Positions 1 to 8,937 of a stretch of 46,379 nt of DNA are shown one piece after another. A program made the position numbers and the translations under genes. This DNA is from Ectothiorhodospiraceae bacterium. Its GTDB lineage: Bacteria > Bacteroidota > Ignavibacteria > SZUA-365 > GCA-2699105. The notes under the pieces are model-generated. The model saw nothing but the letters and a program-made list of their open reading frames with translations. It ran no database searches and was not told where the DNA came from. Where the stretch lies: contig PABJ01000116.1 of assembly GCA_002699105.1 (NCBI GenBank), forward strand, positions 1 through 46,379, read 5' to 3'. Numbering within the stretch: the first letter of the stretch is position 1; every line of letters begins with the position of its first letter.

Positions 1-249
1 CTCAATATCATCGGTGTTTGCTGTGGAATTGCGCAGTGTGATTGTCACCGTACTGCCGATCTCATCCCAGTTGCGGAAGATGTTCCCGTGAATATCCCGT
101 GCGGTGAGCGTGTAGGCGACGGGTTCACCGGCGCGGTACGTACCATCGGTGCGGGTGGGCTGCAATTCCAGGGATTGGGAGAAGAGTAGTGAGCCGCAAA
201 GAAATACGGCGGCTCCGAGTAGGACTGCGGAAAAAGAGTTGGCGTTCAT
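1..249 (-). CDS. Secreted protein, N-terminal 83 aa only (runs off the window); paralog of the 427-1971 protein
   Basis: Hand translation from ATG at 249 (GGAGG SD upstream): MNANSFSAVLLGAAVFLCGSLLFSQSLELQPTRTDGTYRAGEPVAYTLTARDIHGNIFRNWDEIGSTVTITLRNSTANTDDIE. Has a signal peptide and shares LTARD..G...WD..G..TI.L.NS.ANTD with the upstream gene. Not in the supplied ORF track. Confidence 0.85.
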   Translation of the reverse strand, partial: MNANSFSAVLLGAAVFLCGSLLFSQSLELQPTRTDGTYRAGEPVAYTLTARDIHGNIFRNWDEIGSTVTITLRNSTANTDDIE

Positions 250-374
250 GCGACGTGCCTCCGTGCGTATATGATGAATAACTAAATCCAACATACGGAT
301 GGTACCTCGCTCCTGCAAAGAAGATATGTAACCGCGCCGTTGCGCGAAAGTCATAAATTCGTCCCTATATGCAA

Positions 375-402
375 CGAAGGCGGCTCAAATGAACCGCCTT
401 CG
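375..402 (-). terminator. Stem-loop, probable intrinsic terminator or stabiliser after the 427-1971 gene
   Basis: Minus strand reads CGAAGGCGGTTCA-TT-TGAGCCGCCTTCG followed by TTGCATAT, 25 nt past the stop codon. The U-tract is weak. Confidence 0.6.
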
Positions 403-426
403 CATACAGAGATCAGATTACCGGGA

Positions 427-1971
427 CTATTTCGTCAGGACCATACGCTTTGTGATGGTGTTGCCGTTCGCCTGGAGGCGATAGATATAGACGCCCGACG
501 GCAGGTTGATGCCGTGGAAGGCCGTCGTATACACGCCCGGTGTGAGCGGCTCGTTGACGAGCTCAGCGACTTCGTTACCGACGAGGTCGTACACCTTCAG
601 CGAAACCTCTCCGCCCTTCACAATCGAGAACTTGATCGTCGTGCTCGGATTGAATGGGTTCGGATAGTTCTGCTCAAGCTGGAACGACTCTGGCGCGTCG
701 CTCACCGGATCGACAGCAACGGTCGTATCGCGGATCAGTACAAGGAGGAAGCCTGGCGGCTGCGCGCCTGCAGGGCTCTGCGTACTGTTCGTTGTGTACA
801 GACCATCGCTAGCAGATGCAAACCAGTAAACAGGCTGGCGGAACCATTGATTCGTTCCGGCGATCCCGTCACCGATCGGGATGAGCTGTGTGCGCGAGTA
901 ACTCAAGGTCGGATCCAAGCCGAGGTTGTCGGAGTCGCGAACCTGTGCCTGTGTCAGGCTGGTACTATCGATAAACGAAACCTCGTAGTTAATAATGTCT
1001 GTCCCTCGCTCGCCAGTGAAAGCCGAGATGAGGACATCGGTATAAGGATCTGGCGGGGAAGGACGTTCCCAGGAGAAATCGACCCGGCGGGCATCGTTCT
1101 TGCCAATGATGATTTCCGTACCATCGGTTGGTGTCTGCAGAACGAAATCGTACGGCGGGTGACGCAGGATTTCATACGGTGGCGTGATGCCTCGGATCGT
1201 CGGATCATCGACGTTATACGCCGTAATACTTTGCAGCTGGCCGTTCGGTAATTCGCGGCTCGCTGTCGATGCAAGGAAATAGTTGGTCGGCTTGTCGATA
1301 AAGACGGTTCCAGAGAAGATATCGGAAAGTTCCGGCTGGCTGTTCACAAATTCGCCGGGGAAGCGTGCGGAGAACAGCGTGCGGAAGTCGCCTTCAATCG
1401 GATTGAGGAATCTGTCGCGAGGCGTTACCACGATTTCGTATTTCCTGAAGTGGTACACTGCGTCCTGCCCGGGGATCGGGCGGGTGATATCGACAAGGTA
1501 GTTATCCAGGTCGCCGTAGACGAAGTCGATCGTCTCTGAAACCTGATTCAGGAATGGCTTCTTCGGCTCGATCTCGTAGAACACACCGCTATCGGCTCTC
1601 GTGTGGACGAGGCAGATTGTCACCTTGCCTTCGACAAACAGCGTGTTATCGAGAATCCACTGGTTATCGACTGCATCCGGGGTGAGTTCGGTGCCGTTGT
1701 GCAGGAACTTCGCCCAGGTGTATGCATCCGGATCGTCGTTCCAGGACATCGTGCTCGAGTCCGTGTTCGCTTCAGAATTCTGAAGGATAATGGTGATTGG
1801 GCTGCCGGTTATGTCCCAATCCCGGATGATAAAGCCGTTCTCGTCGCGAGCAGTCAGGTCGAAGCACGTCGTATCACCGACGGTCACCGTCCTGTCTGCC
1901 TGCGCAAACATCGGTAGTGCGTTTCCGGCAAACAGTAAAGCTGCCAGAACAATTGTGGAAAGAGTTTTCAT
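427..1971 (-). CDS. T9SS type A sorting-domain secreted protein of unknown function (514 aa)
   Basis: Signal peptide ending in MFAQ; AAGGAG SD; C-terminal LEQNYPNPFNPSTTIKFSI...LPSGVYIYRLQ...KRMVLTK is a typical Por secretion tail. Confidence 0.9.
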   Translation of the reverse strand: MKTLSTIVLAALLFAGNALPMFAQADRTVTVGDTTCFDLTARDENGFIIRDWDITGSPITIILQNSEANTDSSTMSWNDDPDAYTWAKFLHNGTELTPDAVDNQWILDNTLFVEGKVTICLVHTRADSGVFYEIEPKKPFLNQVSETIDFVYGDLDNYLVDITRPIPGQDAVYHFRKYEIVVTPRDRFLNPIEGDFRTLFSARFPGEFVNSQPELSDIFSGTVFIDKPTNYFLASTASRELPNGQLQSITAYNVDDPTIRGITPPYEILRHPPYDFVLQTPTDGTEIIIGKNDARRVDFSWERPSPPDPYTDVLISAFTGERGTDIINYEVSFIDSTSLTQAQVRDSDNLGLDPTLSYSRTQLIPIGDGIAGTNQWFRQPVYWFASASDGLYTTNSTQSPAGAQPPGFLLVLIRDTTVAVDPVSDAPESFQLEQNYPNPFNPSTTIKFSIVKGGEVSLKVYDLVGNEVAELVNEPLTPGVYTTAFHGINLPSGVYIYRLQANGNTITKRMVLTK

Positions 1972-2423
1972 GCAAATACTCCTTGCAACGTGTTTAAAAA
2001 TCTATTCAAATCTTTCAAAATCATCGGAGGCACCGCTTATTGCGCAATCCAGCGGTTGGATTGATTCACGAGGAATATACGATTCGTCATATATGAAGAC
2101 AAGGGGCAAATCCGTCCCCGGTCAAAAAATGGCTGAAATAGGGAATCTTACGCACAGTTCATCATAAGAATAACACATGAATCACCGTTTGGTTACTGAT
2201 TTCAGAAAAAAAGCGTGTATCTTTTTCACGGTAACAGTGTCATTCTACATATAAAAGCGGTATCGGGACGGTTTTGTTCCGATCCGTGTTCTGTATTCAG
2301 TTACCAGACCGACCTCCCTGCCGCTGAATAGATAGATCGCATGCTCCGTTCATCTGAGCGGAACAGGCAATCCGGCACATTGGAATGCCACCCGGTAATA
2401 TTCTGGACAGTACGCGCAATACC

Positions 2424-5400
2424 ATGAAATACATTTTCTACTCCCTCTTTCTTTGTCTTACTCTCAGTGCAATGAGCTTCGCACAGGACGACCCGTCCCT
2501 GTTCGATCCCAAATACCATGAACGTACCAAGAACAGCGCCATCGGCGTTGTCGTCGATAGATTGACCGGTGAATTCTGGGTTGAGACTGCAGCCGGCGAG
2601 AAACTGATGTTCTCGGGATTGGAGGGAGCGCATTCATTTACGAGCGTTCGCGTCGACGATCTGACCTATACCGGTAACCGGCTCCGTGCCCCGCAGCCTC
2701 CCCCGGCCACCGTGCAGCTGCCGGAAGGCGGCGCTATCGTGACCGACAGCTCGATCATCTACGAATCCAATATCCAGCCGCAGGGCGTGAAGCTCGTCCA
2801 GGAGTTCACCCCCATGTTAGATACAGACTTCGCGTTCGTACGGATTCGCAGCACGGTGTCGAACGAAGGCATCAAGCCGAGATCCATTGGCCTGCAGTAC
2901 CTGTATTTCATGATGACAGAGTTGACGAGGTTTGTGGAAGTGGATGTTGCAGGTACACGTGTAGAGTATGAGCGGGAATTCACGGGTGCAGAGCTGCCGA
3001 ACGAGTTCATCGCGAATGCGCAGGATTCGACGGCGCTGCTCATCGGCAGGATTGAACACCCGGAGTTGGTGAAACCCGACCGGATGGTTGTCGGGAACTG
3101 GCGCTGGAACGGCTATCTCGGCGCCGCCTACTGGGACTACAACCCGAGCGGACTGAAAATAGATTTCTTCCGCGGCGTACTGCTCCAGTGGGATGAAGCC
3201 GTGCTTCAGCCCGGCGAGACGAGAACCGTGGTGTCGGACTATGGATTCAAGATTTACCGCAAAGGTGACCTCGAGTGCAGTGTCGATCCCATCGCACTGA
3301 ACAACAGCCAGACTGGCTACGAGCCGAATCCAACCCGTGTCATAGCCCGATACACCAACAAGGGGAATGTGCCGGAAAACAACGTCTCACTCACGTTGCA
3401 GGTACCGAGCGGGGCAACATTGGCACTTGGGGAAAACCCGGTGTACAACCACATAGGTCCAGTAGGCCCGGAGGAGACGATCATCACCAGTTGGCAGGTC
3501 ATTATTCAGAACGCACAGAACGGCGCTCAGCTTGATTTTCCTGTCCGGCTCACGACGGCATTTCATGAGATTGACTGCGCAGCGCAGCTTGATGTGCCGG
3601 CATTGCCGACGTTCGAGATGAATCTCGTTTGCCCGCAAGATGTCGTGATCGAACGAACACCGGATGGACTCGACTACATGGATAACCGGTTCACGCTATC
3701 GCTTCAGCTGGAGAATACCGGTACGGGGCTGCTGACGAACCCAACCGCTGCCGTGGATCTGCTTCCTGCAGGCGTGGAGCTTGATGGAAGTCCGAGTTTC
3801 GTTCAGCTTTCACCGGATCCGCTGACCCCGGGCACAACCGGAACCGCTTCGTGGGATTTTACCGTCTCGAAACGCTACACGGATACCACGCTGCAGATTA
3901 GAATCCTGGTGCAGACCGACCAGATCGGGCAGACGCTGTGTCTCGTGAACGTTGAAATTCCCGGGTTGGAACTCCCGCCATGTCAGCAAAATGGCGTCGC
4001 CGTGACTGGAACGTCGTTCCACACGAGCTTCATCGATAATCCGGCCAGAGATGTCACCCCGCGGCTCTCGCTGTTCTTCATCGCTAACGAAGATGCTGTC
4101 GTCACGATTGAGGAGACCTTTATTGGACAAACCCACACGGTGAACGTCCCGGCTGGGAAGACTATCACGCACAGGCTGAATGATTCATACGCATTCTACC
4201 AGCCATTCCTTGACGGGGAGGCGATAACAAACCGTAGCGTGAAGATCACCAGCGATAAACCAATTACCGTGTTTTCTGCCTCGGAGCGGCCGCTGCATAC
4301 TGATGCCAGTCTGGTATTGCCAGATAAGGCGCTCGGTAGGTCATACGTCAGTGCGGGGTATAACCACACGCTGGTCGATTCCTATGAGCAAGTGCTGGTT
4401 GTTGCGACAGAAGACAATACGAATCTGACAATTAGGCCCCAGCGAACGACTCTCGTCGGTACGCCGGGGAAGGTCCCCATTCCACTGGTGCTTGATGAAG
4501 GCGAATCGTGGACGATGTTCCATGGCTTCTCCGGAAGAACCGGAAGCCTGACGGGGTCCTGGGTAGATTCTGACAAGCCCGTGGCAGTGATCGGCGGCAT
4601 GGGAAGCGGCTACGTGCCCCACGACTACCTGCCAAGAAACTACCTCAATCAGCTCTACGACCAGATCACCCCGGAAGAACACCTCGGTACCGAATACGTT
4701 GCGGTCCCGTTCCGTGTGCGCCTCAAAGGATCGACGTTCAAGGCCGTCGCTGCCGAAGACAGCGTGCTTGTTCGAGTCGGAAATCAGGCAGGCGTGTTCC
4801 TGGCCGATAGAGGCGATACGCACGAGTTCTTGCTCGACGAAGCGGCGCTGGTCACCGGCACGAAGAAGTTCATGCTCGTGCAATACGCGAACTCCGCATG
4901 GTTCGATTTCCCCAGCAACGAATGGGGCGACGCCAGCATGGTGATGGTCTCGCCGACAGGCCGCTTCGCAGCGTGTCATACATTCCCGGGAAATTTCGAC
5001 GACCGGTTTGATTCCACATTTGTGAACATCGTCGTGCACAACGGCAGCGAGGACTTGGTGACGCTCAACGGCGCTAATCTCCCGGATACGACGTTCAAGC
5101 AGATTCCGGGCACGGCATACAGCTATGCGCAGATCCTATCGCAGGATTTGCTGCATTCCCTCGGGACGATTGATCCGAGAGGCATCGGCGTTACTGCGTA
5201 TGCATTTACCTACCACGATGCATACACCATCAATCCCGGCTTCCTCATTCAGAAGAACACCGTTGATGTCGAAGCGCCGGTATCCACCGACTACAAGCTG
5301 GCGATCTCCGCGTACCCAAATCCATTCAACCCGACGACTACGGTCCAGCTGCAGGTGCCTCGTGCGGGTGAGTACAACGTCGCTGTTTACAACACGCTCG

Positions 5401-5552
5401 GCGTCGAGCTGCGGAGACTCCATAGCGGCTTCCTCAAAGCCGGCAGCAATGAGTTTACGCTGAACGGCGCAAACCTGTCGTCGGGCGTATATACGGTGAA
5501 GGCAATCGGCGAAGGAAACCGCGTAGAGACGCGGGCAGTGCTCGCCAAATAG
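2424..5552 (+). CDS. Large T9SS-secreted protein with Ig-like domains and an IgGFc-binding (FCGBP N-terminal-like) domain
   Basis: Start placed at MKYIFYSLFLCL (signal peptide). Motifs DASLVLP..ALG..Y, VVATEDNT, LTGSWVDSDKPVAV and GDASMV match the IgGFc_binding family. Ends AYPNPFNPTTTV...LSSGVY...VLAK (T9SS CTD). Confidence 0.85.
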   Translation: MKYIFYSLFLCLTLSAMSFAQDDPSLFDPKYHERTKNSAIGVVVDRLTGEFWVETAAGEKLMFSGLEGAHSFTSVRVDDLTYTGNRLRAPQPPPATVQLPEGGAIVTDSSIIYESNIQPQGVKLVQEFTPMLDTDFAFVRIRSTVSNEGIKPRSIGLQYLYFMMTELTRFVEVDVAGTRVEYEREFTGAELPNEFIANAQDSTALLIGRIEHPELVKPDRMVVGNWRWNGYLGAAYWDYNPSGLKIDFFRGVLLQWDEAVLQPGETRTVVSDYGFKIYRKGDLECSVDPIALNNSQTGYEPNPTRVIARYTNKGNVPENNVSLTLQVPSGATLALGENPVYNHIGPVGPEETIITSWQVIIQNAQNGAQLDFPVRLTTAFHEIDCAAQLDVPALPTFEMNLVCPQDVVIERTPDGLDYMDNRFTLSLQLENTGTGLLTNPTAAVDLLPAGVELDGSPSFVQLSPDPLTPGTTGTASWDFTVSKRYTDTTLQIRILVQTDQIGQTLCLVNVEIPGLELPPCQQNGVAVTGTSFHTSFIDNPARDVTPRLSLFFIANEDAVVTIEETFIGQTHTVNVPAGKTITHRLNDSYAFYQPFLDGEAITNRSVKITSDKPITVFSASERPLHTDASLVLPDKALGRSYVSAGYNHTLVDSYEQVLVVATEDNTNLTIRPQRTTLVGTPGKVPIPLVLDEGESWTMFHGFSGRTGSLTGSWVDSDKPVAVIGGMGSGYVPHDYLPRNYLNQLYDQITPEEHLGTEYVAVPFRVRLKGSTFKAVAAEDSVLVRVGNQAGVFLADRGDTHEFLLDEAALVTGTKKFMLVQYANSAWFDFPSNEWGDASMVMVSPTGRFAACHTFPGNFDDRFDSTFVNIVVHNGSEDLVTLNGANLPDTTFKQIPGTAYSYAQILSQDLLHSLGTIDPRGIGVTAYAFTYHDAYTINPGFLIQKNTVDVEAPVSTDYKLAISAYPNPFNPTTTVQLQVPRAGEYNVAVYNTLGVELRRLHSGFLKAGSNEFTLNGANLSSGVYTVKAIGEGNRVETRAVLAK

Positions 5553-5638
5553 CGGCAGCTGAAACAAACTACGCGTCCAGGTTTTATTCCTTCCGAAATG
5601 GCGGCAGGTTATACCCTTCCATGCACATATTTTGTAGA

Positions 5639-5650
5639 TTGTTATAACAA
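5639..5650. promoter_or_regulatory. Perfect 12-bp palindrome TTGTTATAACAA, candidate operator
   Basis: Exact palindrome in the intergenic region ~100 bp upstream of the barrel gene. Fits the general GT-Nx-AC form of GntR-superfamily sites; the regulator is unknown. Confidence 0.3.
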
Positions 5651-5747
5651 ACCCGTTATTCAAGTGTCATTTGAAGTAGCAGCGCAACGAAATGGCTGCG
5701 CTTCCGGAACCATCGATCACAGTCCCCGGCACCTACCGTCATATATT

Positions 5748-6557
5748 ATGATCAATCGACTCCTGTACCTGTTCTTATTCTTGTTTGTGGGCTCGCAGGC
5801 TGTTGCACAGTACCGGATGCAGCATCAGCCCGCTGAAACTCCTGCAGCACCATACGAAAGCGATATCCTCTCCGCCCGGCCTATCCGGTATTTCATCGGC
5901 GTCGGTCTCGGCGCGCTGGCCTATCAGCACCTCGGAGAATTCACGCCCTATCCATCGATCTGTCAATGTGTTTTCAGCGATCAGGACGACCTGCAGTTTC
6001 ATTATGCAGGCGAGCTGTCTATACAGTACCCGAAGCTTGGGTTCGGCGTGAAGTTGCTCGTCCAATACGTCGATTTTTCGTCGCGTTTCGCATATCAGGA
6101 AACACGTATGGCGGTCGTTGTGGAGGATGAACCAGCCGTGGAAGCGCTGTTCGAGAAATCTTCCGATGTGGAACTCGAGTACCTCACGTTTACGCCGATG
6201 TTCGCATGGTATATCCCCAGATCGCCGGTGTTTCTTATCGGCGGACCGGAGGTAGGCATTACGATGAACGCCCAGTATGATAACATCGAGCGCATCCTCT
6301 CGCCGGAAGGCTACGATTACTACACAGGCGAAGACCCGTTCCAGTATGACTTCTTGAAGAAATCCGATATCCCGGAATCCTCCGGCGTCCGGCTGGGGCT
6401 GCATCTCGGAATAGGGGTCGATCTTGAAATCACGCGCCGGTTCTTTATTACGCCGCAGTTCGGTGCCACGCTGCCATTAACCCCCGTGTCGTCGACGCAC
6501 GAGGATTGGAACGTCGGGACCGAATACGGTCTTATTCTGTTCCGGTATCGCCTCTAA
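5748..6557 (+). CDS. Outer-membrane beta-barrel protein (PorT/OmpA-like barrel) with CxC motif
   Basis: Start placed at MINRLLYLFL (signal peptide ending AVAQ). Alternating hydrophobic strands, GGPEVG motif, terminal beta-signal-like LFRYRL. Confidence 0.7.
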   Translation: MINRLLYLFLFLFVGSQAVAQYRMQHQPAETPAAPYESDILSARPIRYFIGVGLGALAYQHLGEFTPYPSICQCVFSDQDDLQFHYAGELSIQYPKLGFGVKLLVQYVDFSSRFAYQETRMAVVVEDEPAVEALFEKSSDVELEYLTFTPMFAWYIPRSPVFLIGGPEVGITMNAQYDNIERILSPEGYDYYTGEDPFQYDFLKKSDIPESSGVRLGLHLGIGVDLEITRRFFITPQFGATLPLTPVSSTHEDWNVGTEYGLILFRYRL

Positions 6558-6595
6558 CACCTATGAATACACCAGGAATTTTTTCCGATACGCAC

Positions 6596-8182
6596 ATGAG
6601 AAAGCTCAGAACATATTTCCCCGCGATAGGACTTGCACTAGCAGTGCTGCTGCAGGCTTGCGGGGCCCCTCCCAAGCTTGTGGATCACGAGGGAAAAACC
6701 GCACGCCTCGTCCGCTTGGGGAAGACCATCAATTCATCTGCCGACGATTTTGCTCCGCAGCTAACGCCGACTGCCGACGCACTGATATTTACTTCCAACA
6801 GGGAATTGCCCCAATTCGATGATGAGATCGACCGGCTTTTCATCAGCCAACGGATGGAAGATGGGCTGACGAAGGCGAAGTACGATCCCGTAAACAAAGA
6901 CCCGGATATCAAGGTCGGAGCGGTTTCCTACGATCCTGTGAACAGCGAAGTCTTCTTTGTGCAATGCTACATGCCCGACGGCTATGGCGACTGTGATCTT
7001 TATATAGCCGATGTCGTCGATGGTGAGTGGAAAAACGTTCGCAATGCAGGTCCTGTACTGAACAGCATCGAATGGGACGCGCATCCTTCGATCTCCCGTG
7101 ATGGGACGACGCTGTACTTCGCCACCGAGCGCGACGGGCAGAGCGAGATCTACTACGCGACGAGAAAAGGCGGCGGAGGCTGGTCGAATCCCGTCAATAT
7201 CGGTCCGCCGATTAACACCGGCGGCGACGAGAAATCCCCGTTCATCTCGAACGACGGAGAGAAGCTCTACTTCGCTTCCGACGATCATCCGGGATACGGT
7301 CAGCTCGATATGTTTGTCTCCGAGAAGCGAGGCAGGCAGTGGGCACCGCCGCTGAATATGGGCGTGCCGTATAACAGCCGTGAAGACGATGTGTTCTTTA
7401 CCACCACTTCCACTGGCGATACGACATTCCTTGCATCGAACCGCGACGGCGGCGAAGGTGGATTCGATATCTATCAGATCATCCGCAGTTCGAAGTTTGA
7501 ATCCGATACACCCGACGAGAAGGAACCACCCAAGCCGCCGGCAGAGAAGAAGCCGCTCATCGTCCGGTATGCAGTGCTGAATGGATTCACGTACGAACCG
7601 ATACACGCGTACTTGTCGCTCGATACCGAGGGACAGGAAGAAATTGAGATACAGACAATCGGCGAGGCCAAAGCGCAAACGCAGATTCTCGCAGGGAAGG
7701 AATACGCGACAACGGTTTCGGCGCCAGGATTCGAAACACAGGTTGAAGAGTTCTCTTATCCTCCGGAAGCGCACGGCATAAAGGACCGGAGAATACTGCT
7801 CATCCCTGTGGATGAGGAAGAACGGAAGATCTACTCCTTCGTCGTGGAGTTCGACTTCGACCTGTTTAACATCCGTCCGGAAGAGCGCAAGCATCTTGAT
7901 AGCGTGGTCGCCTTGCTGAAGGAATTTCCGGACTCGAAGGTAGTGGCTTCGGGGCATACGGATGCCAAGGGAACGGTGAACTACAACATCCGCCTCGGCT
8001 ACAATCGCGCGAAATCCGTGAGTAAGTACGTAGAACGCTATCTAAAGCAGGCGGGCGTCCGGATAAAGAACGAGATGGAGATCCGCACCTACGGCGAGTC
8101 CATGCCCGTCGATACAAACGAGACGGATGAGGGCAGGCAGCGCAACCGCCGCGTTGAAATAGCGATTGTGCGCCTGAAGTAA
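6596..8182 (+). CDS. PD40-repeat + OmpA-C peptidoglycan-binding lipoprotein (PorE-like, no TPR seen)
   Basis: Lipobox LQAC. PD40 repeats (INS...DFAP...LIFTSNR; PSISRDGTTLYF; SPFISNDGEKLYFASD). OmpA domain with GHTD...YNIRLG..RA and RQRNRRVE. Confidence 0.9.
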   Translation: MRKLRTYFPAIGLALAVLLQACGAPPKLVDHEGKTARLVRLGKTINSSADDFAPQLTPTADALIFTSNRELPQFDDEIDRLFISQRMEDGLTKAKYDPVNKDPDIKVGAVSYDPVNSEVFFVQCYMPDGYGDCDLYIADVVDGEWKNVRNAGPVLNSIEWDAHPSISRDGTTLYFATERDGQSEIYYATRKGGGGWSNPVNIGPPINTGGDEKSPFISNDGEKLYFASDDHPGYGQLDMFVSEKRGRQWAPPLNMGVPYNSREDDVFFTTTSTGDTTFLASNRDGGEGGFDIYQIIRSSKFESDTPDEKEPPKPPAEKKPLIVRYAVLNGFTYEPIHAYLSLDTEGQEEIEIQTIGEAKAQTQILAGKEYATTVSAPGFETQVEEFSYPPEAHGIKDRRILLIPVDEEERKIYSFVVEFDFDLFNIRPEERKHLDSVVALLKEFPDSKVVASGHTDAKGTVNYNIRLGYNRAKSVSKYVERYLKQAGVRIKNEMEIRTYGESMPVDTNETDEGRQRNRRVEIAIVRLK

Positions 8183-8199
8183 CTTCCCGCACAACGATG

Positions 8200-8207
8200 T
8201 ATATTTG
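8200..8207 (+). promoter_or_regulatory. Bacteroidota-type -7 promoter element (TAnnTTTG) upstream of rsmG
   Basis: TATATTTG matches TAnnTTTG, ~50 bp before the rsmG start. Confidence 0.35.
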
Positions 8208-8234
8208 CAAAGGCGCCGAACGGCGTCTTTGTTG
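8208..8234 (+). terminator. Stem-loop after the OmpA lipoprotein gene
   Basis: CAAAGGCGCC-GAAC-GGCGTCTTTG followed by TTGT. Confidence 0.5.
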
Positions 8235-8256
8235 TATCAGCGACCTGTGAACGACA

Positions 8257-8937
8257 TTGCTGCATCCCGATTTACAGAATCTCCGGAGAACATTCGAAGC
8301 AGAAGGCATCGACGCCGCGCCTGTGCAGTTGGATGCGCTCGGCCGTTATACTGAACTACTGCTGGACTGGAACGCGAAGGTGAACCTTATCTCGCGGAAA
8401 GATGAGCGGGATACGATTCGCAACCACGTGCTGCACTCGCTGACGCTGCTTCCCGCATTGCAGAAGTATGCCGCGCAGAACGTCCTCGATATCGGTACGG
8501 GCGGAGGCTTGCCGGGCATCCCGCTTGCCATTATGCTGCCCGATGTGGGGTTCGTCCTGGCGGATTCGATCGGGAAGAAGATCGCCGCCGTTGAGGATAT
8601 GATCGAACAACTTGGACTCAGCAACGCAAGCGCGGTGAAGGCAAGGGTGGGCGAGGGAAACACGCCACTGAGCCGGAAAACCGGGCAGTTCGATACAGCC
8701 GTTACCAGGGCGGTCTCGAAGCTTCACGATATGGTTCGCTGGGTGCTGCCGCTGATGGAAACCGGCGGTGAGCTGAGACTCCTGGCGCTAAAAGGCGGCG
8801 ATGTCAGCCAAGAAATTAGCCGCACGCTCACATTGCCAAGCGTCCTGGGGGCCGAAGCACTGGCTATCCCTTTCACCTCTGAACCGTATTTCATGGAACA
8901 AGAAAAATGCATTATAGACGTGCATATCCAACGGTAG
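8257..8937 (+). CDS. rsmG: 16S rRNA (guanine(527)-N7)-methyltransferase
   Basis: WNAKVNLIS, H.LHSL, LDIGTGGGLPGIPLAI, D(S)..KK, FD...RAV and LKG motifs of GidB/RsmG. Confidence 0.95.
   Translation: MLHPDLQNLRRTFEAEGIDAAPVQLDALGRYTELLLDWNAKVNLISRKDERDTIRNHVLHSLTLLPALQKYAAQNVLDIGTGGGLPGIPLAIMLPDVGFVLADSIGKKIAAVEDMIEQLGLSNASAVKARVGEGNTPLSRKTGQFDTAVTRAVSKLHDMVRWVLPLMETGGELRLLALKGGDVSQEISRTLTLPSVLGAEALAIPFTSEPYFMEQEKCIIDVHIQR

Noticed and set aside
2101-2160. GGGCAAA...ACGCACAG, reminiscent of a c-di-GMP-I riboswitch
   Set aside because: Spacing is too long and there is no GNRA-capped P2 stem or matching P3.
2245-2255. CTACATATAAA repeated exactly at 18450-18460, both upstream of T9SS cargo genes
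   Set aside because: An AT-rich 11-mer match among a few kb of AT-rich intergenic DNA is plausible by chance, and the flanks do not align.
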